DNA of 15,137 bases from a virus: IMG/VR virus record IMGVR_UViG_3300010350_000694, positions 1 to 15,137 of that record. The stretch is one strand, 5' to 3'. Every line of letters starts with the position of its first letter. Position 1 is the stretch's first letter. Under the pieces are notes generated by a model. It was not told the DNA's origin. It did not search any database and was given only the letters and a program-made list of their open reading frames with translations. This document shows positions 1-8,392 of the stretch, piece by piece. Made by a program: the position numbers and the translations under genes.

Positions 1-119
1 AAATAATAAATATATATCATAGCCTATAACAGGCGTTCGGCCAGTTCCCCGATCGCTGGTGTCAAGTGTACAGGTTGCACAAATATCGCTGCCAAATTTT
101 ATGCATGTTGATTAAATAA
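1..119. repeat. Left inverted terminal repeat (88 bp perfect, about 119 bp with 3 mismatches)
   Basis: 1-88 is the exact reverse complement of 15050-15137. Identity continues to 119/15019 with mismatches only at 89, 91 and 101. The extreme end is AT-only: AAATAATAAATATATAT. Confidence 0.97.
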
Positions 120-138
120 CCTCTCTCTTCAATTTTAA

Positions 139-203
139 GCGCTTAAAGCGCCTAAATGGGTCTTAACCCATCCAGACGCTTACAACGCGAAATAGGACCT
201 ATT
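139..203 (-). terminator. Cluster of short GC-rich hairpins after the last gene; candidate end-of-operon terminator or 3' stabiliser
   Basis: Three hairpins lie just downstream (minus sense) of the stop at 213-215: GCGC/GCGC at 139-151, ATGGGT-CTTA-ACCCAT at 156-171, and AATAG-GAC-CTATT at 191-203. No clean U-tract follows. Confidence 0.35.
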
Positions 204-212
204 CTGAGCGAA

Positions 213-2222
213 TTAGAGGTATACGCCTGCCTGTAACAAGCTAATGATTTCATCGATATATTTTGGTGCATTAGTAAGTGTCTCTGGCTTTACAGCTGCT
301 ACCTTAGTGAAACCACTACACGATGACAGCGTCAAACTCTTTGATGTCGGCAATCCATTGTATGTCTCCCAATCGCCAGGCTCGCACGTGTACGGTCTTG
401 TCACAAGTATATATGGGTGCAACTCGTCTACAGTTCCTGTCTCACTACCACTACCGTTTGAACGTGCTGTGTTAGGAACTGGCATATTAGGTACACCAGA
501 TGCTACATTACCAATTGCATTCATATTGCTTTGTGACTTTCTAAGGTCAGACATCTTATCCAAATTACCTTGAATTGCACTGTCTGCGCTTTTAAACTCG
601 ACCTTGCCTGCGTCAAGTAATTTTTCATTATAATTGTTCTGAGCCGTCAGAGAGGCAATCTGTGCGCCTGTGGAGCCTGTTGCAACAGATGTACCCATTG
701 AAATTGCTTTTCCTGTAATCTGTGCTAATGCAGTCATCGCATTACCCATAGCATTTGCGCAGAATGGTATTTCTTCACCAACTGTGGTAGACAATGACAA
801 TATCTTAGTTTCCTTATTATTTGTTCTAAAACTCTTTGATGTTACAACAATCATTGCACCACGTGTAACAACGTTGATGTTGTAATATACTTTGATATCT
901 GCTGCAACCGCATCGTTAGGGTCTATATCAACATATCCGTAATAAGGTAAGAACAACTGATACTTGCAGAGATAATCTCTGTAGTCATTAAAATGTTGAA
1001 CTATATGTAATGCCGGTGTTTTCCAGACTATAAACTCAGAATTCAAATTCTGAACATTAAGATATATACCGTCATTCGTTAACGGATCATTATATGCAAG
1101 ATATCTACGACCAATACGCATATCGCTTGGGCCTTCGAATCTCTGAGCCGCTGTCAACTCTGGAACTAATCCAAAGAAATGATTTACAGTTATTATGTAT
1201 TCTTTGCCGTCTGAACCTAAGAAACTATTAGCGATTAGATCAAATATATCAGAATTCATAAGCAGTAATGCGAATGTTGACATATCCAAGTTCATTCCAG
1301 GTATAGCATATATACCCATAAAATGGCTGTTTGCTCGTGGGCTAAATCTATTGTTAATGTCGTTCACGTATCCTTCCTCCTCAATTGGTGTTGGCTCATA
1401 TGCTACATCTGATATAGATATTGTAGCACTGTTCTGATATTCACTTCTTATTGTACCATAATCATATTGTGTTGCTGAACCTGCAGGTACATATTCACAG
1501 ATTGACAAATTATCCTGATTATTATAAACACGATGCAAAAATACATATGATTTAGAAAGTGTCAATCTAAAATTCAAACTATTGCTTGTATCGTAATCAT
1601 ATACAAGACCGGGTGCAACTCCTCCAAGCGATGTTGTAAATGCTACATCACTAGGATCTGTAGACAACCAGTTAGCGTACTCAATAAATGTTATTGGCGC
1701 CCCAACTTTTACATATTGTGATGATGAACCCTCACGATACATTATTACGCCCATTTGCAAATTCGTTGAAAGAGTTCGTGGCGCAACGATTTTACACTTA
1801 TAACCATACATTGCACCTGCCTGGTATGGCGGATATGATGAAGTACTTATAAAAGCAACACTATTGTCACTATGTAAATATGATACGGTACAATAATATT
1901 CACAAAATCCAGTAAATGTGTTATTTGTCCACGCTTTGATGTGCGCTACAATATTACTACTATCATCATACAAATTAATGTCAGAATCATTATTTATCCA
2001 CATTTGCTGTATAATATTTCTGTAATTGGTTGACGTTAATAGCGTGTTCCACTGGTTGATCATATAATTAAGATCATCACCATTACGCATTACATTATTG
2101 CTAGTACTTGGTATAAGAAGGCTAATTGTTCCATCTTCTAATATTACATTAGTATTAGAATTAAGCTCATATACCTTATATTCGTTCACACCTAATTTTA
2201 ATCTTTTCCAACCTTCAGACAT
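213..2222 (-). CDS. Tail knob / distal tail tube protein, C-terminal part (phi29 gp9-like) with an unrecognised N-terminal ~280 aa
   Basis: The track ORF 213..2231 begins at GTG; the ATG at 2222 has AGAGGTG 7 nt upstream. Three segments match my recollection of phi29 gp9: LFLPYYGYVDID...; a Gly/Ala/Ser-rich hydrophobic loop ALAQITGKAISMGTSVATGSTGAQIASL; and the C-terminus GFTKVAAVK...IDEIISLLQAGVYL. The gp9 equivalent of that loop is membrane-active. Confidence 0.6.
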   Translation of the reverse strand: MSEGWKRLKLGVNEYKVYELNSNTNVILEDGTISLLIPSTSNNVMRNGDDLNYMINQWNTLLTSTNYRNIIQQMWINNDSDINLYDDSSNIVAHIKAWTNNTFTGFCEYYCTVSYLHSDNSVAFISTSSYPPYQAGAMYGYKCKIVAPRTLSTNLQMGVIMYREGSSSQYVKVGAPITFIEYANWLSTDPSDVAFTTSLGGVAPGLVYDYDTSNSLNFRLTLSKSYVFLHRVYNNQDNLSICEYVPAGSATQYDYGTIRSEYQNSATISISDVAYEPTPIEEEGYVNDINNRFSPRANSHFMGIYAIPGMNLDMSTFALLLMNSDIFDLIANSFLGSDGKEYIITVNHFFGLVPELTAAQRFEGPSDMRIGRRYLAYNDPLTNDGIYLNVQNLNSEFIVWKTPALHIVQHFNDYRDYLCKYQLFLPYYGYVDIDPNDAVAADIKVYYNINVVTRGAMIVVTSKSFRTNNKETKILSLSTTVGEEIPFCANAMGNAMTALAQITGKAISMGTSVATGSTGAQIASLTAQNNYNEKLLDAGKVEFKSADSAIQGNLDKMSDLRKSQSNMNAIGNVASGVPNMPVPNTARSNGSGSETGTVDELHPYILVTRPYTCEPGDWETYNGLPTSKSLTLSSCSGFTKVAAVKPETLTNAPKYIDEIISLLQAGVYL

Positions 2223-2234
2223 TGTCTTCACCTC

Positions 2235-2789
2235 TTATATTGGGTCTGGATGTACTGTATGATCATCATATGTATCGTGAATAACCGATACAACATAGAC
2301 TCCATTTACTTCCTGTGTTAATGTAGGAGTATTAGGAGGAACAAAACCGACAATATTTTCGTTCTCATCTCTAAACTCAAACTTGTCAACTGTCCTATAT
2401 ATTCTCTCTGGTTTCTCATCTACAATATAGAAATCGATATTAGAACCGATAAAATCATTTCTGCCGGTACGTGTGACATAACACTGCAGGGACTTAATAA
2501 ACGTGCTATATGTCTTCAGAACGTCAAGGCGGCAAGATATAATAGCGATAGATGGACTACGATATGTAACATTATCTATATAATAATATCTTGTAAAACC
2601 ACCAGTGCCACTCTGCTCAACTGACAAGTAGTTAACATCGTCGAAATTCCATTTGCCCTTATAACGAATTGTTGGTGAATATTCGTCGTAGGGCTCAAGG
2701 AACTTAACAGATGTCGTCGTCGCCTTCAGAGTCAATGTCTTATCAACTACATTGCTTAATGATGCATTGTAATATAATTTGATATCCAT
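2235..2789 (-). CDS. Tail knob N-terminal domain protein (phi29 gp9 N-terminus-like)
   Basis: 184-aa ORF with SD AAGGAG upstream. The segment TRYYYIDNVTYRSPSIAIISCRLDVLKTY parallels the remembered gp9 segment [30 protein letters not shown]. It is in the same frame as the next ORF and separated from it by one TAA. Confidence 0.5.
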   Translation of the reverse strand: MDIKLYYNASLSNVVDKTLTLKATTTSVKFLEPYDEYSPTIRYKGKWNFDDVNYLSVEQSGTGGFTRYYYIDNVTYRSPSIAIISCRLDVLKTYSTFIKSLQCYVTRTGRNDFIGSNIDFYIVDEKPERIYRTVDKFEFRDENENIVGFVPPNTPTLTQEVNGVYVVSVIHDTYDDHTVHPDPI

Positions 2790-2793
2790 ATAA

Positions 2794-3015
2794 TCACTCC
2801 TTATCTAAATTGTCAACCAACTTCTGGATTACAAGTGTGTTGTTGTTTACAGCATCCACAAGGGCTTTAGTTTCATCTCTCTGACTTGCCTGCAACTCCT
2901 TAATGTCAAAACGGTAGTTGTCGTTAACTTTCATAAAGAACCACGCCATAGCGATACAAGCAGCGATAGGGAAACCAACTGTTGTTATTGCTGTCAAGAT
3001 TGTTTGAAAATCCAT
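2794..3015 (-). CDS. Putative holin (BhlA/UviB-like architecture)
   Basis: 73 aa with SD AGGAGG. There is a single N-terminal TM segment (ILTAITTVGFPIAACIAMAWFFM) followed by a charged coiled-coil tail, the same layout and size as BhlA-family holins. Confidence 0.55.
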   Translation of the reverse strand: MDFQTILTAITTVGFPIAACIAMAWFFMKVNDNYRFDIKELQASQRDETKALVDAVNNNTLVIQKLVDNLDKE

Positions 3016-3036
3016 TGTTATTTACCTCCTACAAGT

Positions 3037-3066
3037 ATTATATCAGAAAAGTACTTTGTTTGTTAG
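3037..3066 (-). promoter_or_regulatory. Candidate sigma-A promoter with extended -10 (cTGATATAAT) upstream of the holin
   Basis: Minus strand reads CTAACA-18 nt-TATAAT, with TG at -15/-14. The -10 is at 3037-3042. The -35 is weak, and the predicted +1 would fall at the SD itself. Confidence 0.4.
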
Positions 3067-3092
3067 AGAAGTCTCTATATTTCGAACGTTTA

Positions 3093-4283
3093 CTAACTGG
3101 TACGTAATGAAGTCCAACCACGCCAAATATCATGGCAAGTATTTTTCCACACATTTTTATTGGTCAAAACACCATCCCAACCAAACGCGAATGCAACTCC
3201 ACGAGCTGCCGTCTTCTTAAATACGAGAACGAAGCAATTTGCAGTTGGTAAGTCATATATTGATGTATTTGCACTCTCGTAAAAGTACCACATGACTCTA
3301 TCATTCGCAGTGTTTTTCCAATCGCCTCCACCGCAGACTCCAGACTGATTAACCCATTCAGTGTCATAATCTGTGCCGGAAGCCTTAGCTAGAACTTGTC
3401 CAGATGAACCACCGGTGGGAACCCCTACACCAGAAGGTGTTACAGGTCCCCAATCGAGGCCGTTGTATCCGAGAACCTGTCCGCTCGTTGCATCCATAGT
3501 ATATACATCCATCAAGTCATCAAGAAACATAGCACCATCAGCACCAGCTGGACCCTGCGGACCTGTAGCACCTGTATCGCCAGTATCACCTTTAGGGCCC
3601 TGAGGGCCGGTCTCTCCCTGAGGTCCCGGCTCACCCTGAATTCCCTGAGGTCCCTGTTCGCCCTGAATACCCTGAGGGCCTGTATCGCCTTTATCGCCTT
3701 TAGGTCCCTGGATACCTTGGATACCCTGAGGACCAGTTTCTCCCTGAACACCCGGTTCACCTTGTGGACCCTGAGGACCAGTTTCTCCCTGAACACCCGG
3801 TTCACCTTGTGGACCCTGAGGGCCGGTCTCTCCCTGAGGTCCCGGCTCACCCTGAATTCCCTGAGGTCCCTGTTCGCCCTGAATACCCTGAGGGCCTGTA
3901 GCTCCTGTATCGCCTTTATCGCCTTTAGGTCCCTGGATACCTTGGATACCCTGAGGACCAGTCTCACCCTGAGAGCCAGCGGTACCAGTATCACCGGTGT
4001 CACCTTTCTCACCCTTCAAGTTATGGAAAGCAAAATCAAAACTAGGCGTCAAGTCAGGTCCGCTTCTTGTTATGGATACAGTAGGAGTACCAATATTGTA
4101 ATCAACGGAAGCAGTAGCAGATATGTCGGGAACCTGTGAGCCCCCACTATCCTGAAGTTCTGTGATGTTGTCTGTGTTCTGCTTAACCTGCTTAACCAAC
4201 CAGTCTAAGTTCAACTGGTGTAGGATATACTGAAGCTTACCATAAGGATACATATTATCATTAGGTGATCTATTATCAAACAT
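3093..4283 (-). CDS. Collagen-like tail fibre / appendage protein
   Basis: 396 aa. About 53 uninterrupted Gly-X-Y triplets run from [10 protein letters not shown] to GPAGADG. The C-terminal globular domain carries two SGQVL...DW motifs typical of phage fibre tips. The gene sits after the lower collar, the position of phi29 gp12. Confidence 0.8.
   Translation of the reverse strand: MFDNRSPNDNMYPYGKLQYILHQLNLDWLVKQVKQNTDNITELQDSGGSQVPDISATASVDYNIGTPTVSITRSGPDLTPSFDFAFHNLKGEKGDTGDTGTAGSQGETGPQGIQGIQGPKGDKGDTGATGPQGIQGEQGPQGIQGEPGPQGETGPQGPQGEPGVQGETGPQGPQGEPGVQGETGPQGIQGIQGPKGDKGDTGPQGIQGEQGPQGIQGEPGPQGETGPQGPKGDTGDTGATGPQGPAGADGAMFLDDLMDVYTMDATSGQVLGYNGLDWGPVTPSGVGVPTGGSSGQVLAKASGTDYDTEWVNQSGVCGGGDWKNTANDRVMWYFYESANTSIYDLPTANCFVLVFKKTAARGVAFAFGWDGVLTNKNVWKNTCHDIWRGWTSLRTS
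3598..3962. repeat. Nested DNA repeats inside the collagen-like region
   Basis: 3598-3737 (140 bp) recurs at 3814-3962 with one 9-bp (one G-X-Y) insertion at 3901-3909; the offset is 216 bp. Between the two copies is an exact 45-bp tandem duplication, 3724-3768 and 3769-3813. Confidence 0.9.
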
Positions 4284-4284
4284 A

Positions 4285-5676
4285 TTAGTATACCTCCAAT
4301 GTCATATTGTGCTTAAAGTCGTTTGTGATAAGCTCAAACAGATTCGTCTTAATCAATTTAAGCTGGTCATTAATAAGTTCGCTTGCCTTTGTTACACCGA
4401 TGTTACCGTGACGGTTTACTTCGCTCTCATCGTTAGCATTCTCTGTGTGTCCGCCTTCTGTAGTTACAGTACCACCTTCAGTACCTGAAATAGTCTTATA
4501 ACCACCATCAGTTCCCTGTACACCAAGAGTTCCGCCTTCTGTTCCAGAATTAGTTACTGTACCAGTGTTTGTTCCTGAATGCTGAAGTTTTTCAGTACCA
4601 GTCTTGTTTGTTGTGTCAGTACCTGTTCTGAGCAATACATCAGTATCTGTACCTGTCTTACCGGTTACAGTTGTTACAGTTCCGCCATCAGTAGTTGCAA
4701 GGTTATCTGTTCCTGTATGAAGCGTGATGTCAGTGTCAGAACCTGAATATGATTTTGTCGTTGTATTGTCGCCATCATAATCGGTTGTCTCTGTTCCGCT
4801 GTCTCCAGAATTTGAACCTTTAGTCTGAGCATTAGATACAGGAAGAGACATACTGCCGCTTGTTCCGTAACCACCAGAGTTAGACTGTGAGATACCTTCA
4901 TTTACATTCGTGTCTGTACCTGCGTATCCATTCTCTGAATTGATTACAGAACCTGTCTCAAAGTGACTGAGATTAGGAGTCCTTATAGTCATATCATTAG
5001 TAGTAGTTCTCTCTGTTTCAGTAATTCCCTTACTTATTGTCTGTGAGTCAGATGTATTAAGTGTTCTATTCTGACTACCTGTAATAGCTCTTGTTTCTGT
5101 TGTCTCATCTTCGAGATTTAATGTCTTTGTGTTTTCATCACTGAGATTAAGAGTTTCTGCTTCTGATGTGTTGAATGTCGTTGTGTCCTCATATCCATTT
5201 TCAAGGTCTCTTGTCTCTGTATTACTGTTAGTCAAGTTTCTTGTTTCTGTAGATGATTTAGTGAGTGCTCTATCTTCTCTCTCGTTGTTAGTAATAGCTC
5301 TAGTCTCGAGATTATCTTCATTACCCTCAACTTCAATCGTTCTTACTGTATGTGTTGTTTCAAATACATTCTCTGTAGGGTTATATGTCCAACGGAATCC
5401 AAGACCACGAGAATAATCTTCCCAAACATTCTTACGGATACGAGACCATACACCAATTCTGTTCTTAAGAATATTAGGATCTGTATACACAGCTTCAAGC
5501 CCTTCAGTTCTGAAAAGGATGTTATCGATAAGCTCTTCCTTCTCCTGAGTGGTCATAGCACGCTGTGTAACAGTATGGTCAACTCCTGCCTCATAGATGT
5601 TAGGTAATAGGAATTTATCGAAAATGTCAGGGTAGTTATCCCATAAAGTTGCGATATCAATTGTCGGGTATCTCAT
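4285..5676 (-). CDS. Lower collar / tail tube protein (phi29 gp11-like) with expanded Thr/Ser/Gly/Asn repeat core
   Basis: 463 aa, with SD GGAGGA inside the portal 3' end (20-nt overlap). The N-terminal WTYNPTEN and C-terminal [18 protein letters not shown]...[10 protein letters not shown] resemble the remembered gp11 motifs YNPIENY and GNIGVT...Q.L. The gene follows the connector, as in phi29. Confidence 0.65.
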   Translation of the reverse strand: MRYPTIDIATLWDNYPDIFDKFLLPNIYEAGVDHTVTQRAMTTQEKEELIDNILFRTEGLEAVYTDPNILKNRIGVWSRIRKNVWEDYSRGLGFRWTYNPTENVFETTHTVRTIEVEGNEDNLETRAITNNEREDRALTKSSTETRNLTNSNTETRDLENGYEDTTTFNTSEAETLNLSDENTKTLNLEDETTETRAITGSQNRTLNTSDSQTISKGITETERTTTNDMTIRTPNLSHFETGSVINSENGYAGTDTNVNEGISQSNSGGYGTSGSMSLPVSNAQTKGSNSGDSGTETTDYDGDNTTTKSYSGSDTDITLHTGTDNLATTDGGTVTTVTGKTGTDTDVLLRTGTDTTNKTGTEKLQHSGTNTGTVTNSGTEGGTLGVQGTDGGYKTISGTEGGTVTTEGGHTENANDESEVNRHGNIGVTKASELINDQLKLIKTNLFELITNDFKHNMTLEVY

Positions 5677-6595
5677 CTTTTTGTTCCTCCATTTCCTCCA
5701 TATTATATCTCTTTTCTACCTTCATATCAACTCCGAACATAGCGTTAACTTCTTCGCAGCACTTCTGCATATTCTCCAACCACAAGTCACTTAAGCAAGT
5801 TGTCTCGATGTTGTTTGCATTTGCTTCGTCTACAATAAGTCTTTCACGCTTATCGGTGTTTGCGTTAGGTATACCAACCAGAGTACAGAATTGATCATTT
5901 AAGCTTGTAAGCGCAGTCAAGATATCGTTAGCAATGAATGTCTGAGACAAATTCTGTTGGAAAGGTGACCAACCAGGCGTTCCATCAGGAGTAAGAAGGT
6001 TCTTGTCCTGTACTACTGCAGGTTCACCAGATGCTATCATCTCAAACATTTTCTTAAATGCTTCAGCACCTGATTTTGTATCAGTGGTGAAAACATAAGC
6101 GAGCTGTGAGTTAATGAAGTTGCTATTAAGTGCCTGTGATGCAAGCGCCATCTGATCTGCGTAATAATCAACGATATCAAGGATAGATGTTGAAGCAGGA
6201 TTGAAATACAGGTCACCAAAACTAGGTGTCTCCTGCAATGTGAAAAGGACACAATCATTACCAATAGTCTTCTCTACTCCAGCAAGCAACGGATTAGATA
6301 CAATGATTTTCTTAGGACTATAGAACAAATTCTGTCCCATAAATGAACAAGACAACGCAACCAATCCATATTTCTTATCTTCGAAAACTCCAATATAACC
6401 AGCTGTAAACAAGACATTTCTAAAGTGTCTAATCTGATCACGGCTCCAGTTTTCAGGGTATCTGAACTTATAAACGCTGATGCACTTCTGCAACAGATAT
6501 TTCTTGAAGTAAAGATAAAGGGGCGCATTGTATGGCGCCCCTCCCCTTGGTGAAAACAACCCGGAGCCTGACTGAGGAATGTATGCATTACTCAT
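5657..6595 (-). CDS. Portal / upper collar connector protein (phi29 gp10-like)
   Basis: 312 aa (phi29 gp10 is 309 aa), SD AAAGGAG. The segment LVGIPNANTDKRERLIVDEANANNIE...VNAMFGVDMKVEKRYN parallels the remembered gp10 segment [28 protein letters not shown]...INELYGLNVKVKFRYD. Confidence 0.85.
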   Translation of the reverse strand: MSNAYIPQSGSGLFSPRGGAPYNAPLYLYFKKYLLQKCISVYKFRYPENWSRDQIRHFRNVLFTAGYIGVFEDKKYGLVALSCSFMGQNLFYSPKKIIVSNPLLAGVEKTIGNDCVLFTLQETPSFGDLYFNPASTSILDIVDYYADQMALASQALNSNFINSQLAYVFTTDTKSGAEAFKKMFEMIASGEPAVVQDKNLLTPDGTPGWSPFQQNLSQTFIANDILTALTSLNDQFCTLVGIPNANTDKRERLIVDEANANNIETTCLSDLWLENMQKCCEEVNAMFGVDMKVEKRYNMEEMEEQKDEIPDN

Positions 6596-6616
6596 AATAT
6601 TGCTCCTTTCAAATTA

Positions 6617-7849
6617 TCACTGCATAAGTACGATCATACCATTTTCAACGAAGTCGTTCCAATAGCGTATTGTCCAGTGCCAGAACAGATTTGTGTAACC
6701 ACCAGCTGCGTTGAAAGGTGTCGATGCCTCCCACTGATTAACTCTGGTAATACCGAGTGCTTCCTTATCAGCAACAACCATCGCAAGAGTTGTAAGGTTA
6801 ACATGATCATTGTCAGTGCCAAGCTGGGTAAGTGTACCATCGGCTCTAAGGAATGTAGGCTTGTTCTTAATCTCCATAGGAGACTGAGCAGCCTGCCAAT
6901 ATGCAACGTCCTCTACACCATCATAAGCTAGGTAGTTATCGTGGAATGTACCAGCCTTAGCCATTGTGTCGAAATATCTGTGTACATCAGAGAGTACCCA
7001 AATATTCATCTTGTCACGAGATGTCTGCTTAGAGATAGGCTTATTTGTGAGAGTTGTGTGGAAGAGCTCTGTACGGTTCTCCATCATCTCAATCTTTTTT
7101 CCAAGATAAGCATATGCCCACTTCCAGAATTCAGGTGTCTTGATTGCCATTGCATAGGAATCAATATAACCTGCATCACCTGCGCTATAATTGAAGAACG
7201 TATTGTAAGCTGTGATAAGCTGAACAACACGGTTACCCGAACCAGTAGACTCAGAAAAGCCGATATCAGATGTATAAACACCTGCTACATAGTTTGCGAT
7301 TGTCATTCTAGATGCATTCTCGATAGCCTGCTCGATTTCGTTGGAAGCTGCCTGCATAACCATTGCAAGGAATCTACCAAACTCTTCAGCGGAATTGAAA
7401 GCGAGGTCGAGCTGATCCTTGAAAATCGTAATGTGCTTCTGGAATACAGTCTCACCGTAAAAGTTAAGCTGCATTACCTTCGGCTTATGAAGCTTGTACA
7501 TATCAACAGCATCGCCATCAGAAAGACCTGCAAGCAAACGCTCGTCAGTCTCGAATGCGGGATCGTCGATAGGGTAAAGCTTTCTAGTGATTGCGCCGTA
7601 CTTCTGCTCATCTACCTCAATGCCCTTGAACTTTGCGTCGTAAGGTCTGATAGAAAAGAGTGTTCTTGCGAGAACCTTAGAGATAGCGCCAATAACTGGA
7701 TCTACACCAGTTTTTAGTGTTGCTTGTGCTACAGATACGAAATCGCCAGAAGGCAAAGTATCGATTGACTTATTACCCGTTGCTTCCTTGTAGACTTCAT
7801 TCATTAGTGTAGCAGCCTGCTGAGTTGTGAAAGTGTTAACAGATGCCAT
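6617..7849 (-). CDS. Major capsid protein
   Basis: 410 aa, SD AGGAGG, and it lies immediately after the scaffold-like gene. The C-terminal GGYTNLFWHWTIRYWNDF resembles the remembered phi29 gp8 RGLYWNYYYHVWQTL. Strong avoidance of TTA/CTA/TCA codons suggests high expression. Confidence 0.8.
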   Translation of the reverse strand: MASVNTFTTQQAATLMNEVYKEATGNKSIDTLPSGDFVSVAQATLKTGVDPVIGAISKVLARTLFSIRPYDAKFKGIEVDEQKYGAITRKLYPIDDPAFETDERLLAGLSDGDAVDMYKLHKPKVMQLNFYGETVFQKHITIFKDQLDLAFNSAEEFGRFLAMVMQAASNEIEQAIENASRMTIANYVAGVYTSDIGFSESTGSGNRVVQLITAYNTFFNYSAGDAGYIDSYAMAIKTPEFWKWAYAYLGKKIEMMENRTELFHTTLTNKPISKQTSRDKMNIWVLSDVHRYFDTMAKAGTFHDNYLAYDGVEDVAYWQAAQSPMEIKNKPTFLRADGTLTQLGTDNDHVNLTTLAMVVADKEALGITRVNQWEASTPFNAAGGYTNLFWHWTIRYWNDFVENGMIVLMQ

Positions 7850-7851
7850 AA

Positions 7852-8202
7852 TTAATTACCTCCTGTAAAAAACGATTTAAGAATATCATCTGATGTCTCT
7901 TCTTTTGGCAAATCGGATGTTTTCTGGTTTGCCTGCTGCATTTCCGTAGTCAGTTCTTTAATTGAGGTACGCAGTTCGTCGATTTCTGACTTTGTCTGCT
8001 CATCCTGTTTAGGAACTTCCCACTTCTTGTTATTCTCGATGACTGACTTAAGTATTTGGAATTCTTTAAGCAAGTTATCAATTGTAACCTTATTACTTTC
8101 AGGCTCCTTTTCAGGTTCCTGCATAACTTCATCCGGAATATCCTGTGCGTCCGGATTCTTCTCGACATATTCTTTAGCTTTAAGGAATTCGAAAAGTTTC
8201 AT
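7852..8202 (-). CDS. Putative scaffolding protein
   Basis: 116 aa, very acidic and helical/coiled-coil in composition, SD AAGGAGG. It sits directly upstream of the capsid gene, as gp7 does in phi29. Confidence 0.55.
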   Translation of the reverse strand: MKLFEFLKAKEYVEKNPDAQDIPDEVMQEPEKEPESNKVTIDNLLKEFQILKSVIENNKKWEVPKQDEQTKSEIDELRTSIKELTTEMQQANQKTSDLPKEETSDDILKSFFTGGN

Positions 8203-8217
8203 TGTTTTAAACCTCCT

Positions 8218-8376
8218 TTATGTTTTGTTATAGTTCTGTTGCAGCGACATTGCTCTATGAATAGCTGCTGTTGCAGACATTGATTTTGTACGGCGTTTCT
8301 TAGCCGGCATATGTAATTCCTCGTGTAACGGCTTTATAAGTCGCATTTTAGGTATTAATCGTCTAGCTGTACTCAT
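8218..8376 (-). CDS. Small highly basic protein (52 aa; not in ORF track)
   Basis: My own translation: MSTARRLIPKMRLIKPLHEELHMPAKKRRTKSMSATAAIHRAMSLQQNYNKT, with 12 Arg/Lys. It fills the endolysin-scaffold gap, with AAGGA 9 nt upstream. An alternative start at Met23 (8310) has SD GAGGA. Confidence 0.45.
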   Translation of the reverse strand: MSTARRLIPKMRLIKPLHEELHMPAKKRRTKSMSATAAIHRAMSLQQNYNKT

Positions 8377-8392
8377 ATCATATTATCCTTCA

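Noticed and set aside
1246-1254. Additional TGATATATT extended -10-like site inside the tail-knob gene (minus strand)
   Set aside because: It lies deep inside a coding region, has a non-consensus hexamer, and has no gene start downstream. Chance is an adequate explanation in AT-rich DNA.
244-1437. Plus-strand ORFs 244..573, 670..885 and 1195..1437, and similar short antisense or nested ORFs elsewhere (5129.., 5350.., 5649.., 6037.., 6274.., 6634.., 6677.., 7084.., 7950.., 8027.., 8056.., 8465.., 9932.., 10690.., 10794.., 12103.., 12225.., 13132.., 14929..)
   Set aside because: All are embedded in longer ORFs that have recognisable motifs or strong SD sites. None has a convincing SD of its own.
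3373-4139. Alternative-frame and antisense ORFs over the collagen region (3373..3603 +, 3512..4012 -, 3717..4139 +)
   Set aside because: They are by-products of the GGN-CCN-rich G-X-Y repeat, which lacks stops in several frames. Their translations are repetitive nonsense (LRV/SRD runs).
6941-7717. 258-aa plus-strand ORF antisense to the capsid gene
   Set aside because: It is in exact codon register with the capsid frame (6941-6617 = 324 = 3 x 108). It stays open simply because the capsid gene avoids TTA, CTA and TCA codons. Its Cys-rich, low-complexity translation is what mirrored GCA/ACA codons produce, and it has a GTG start.
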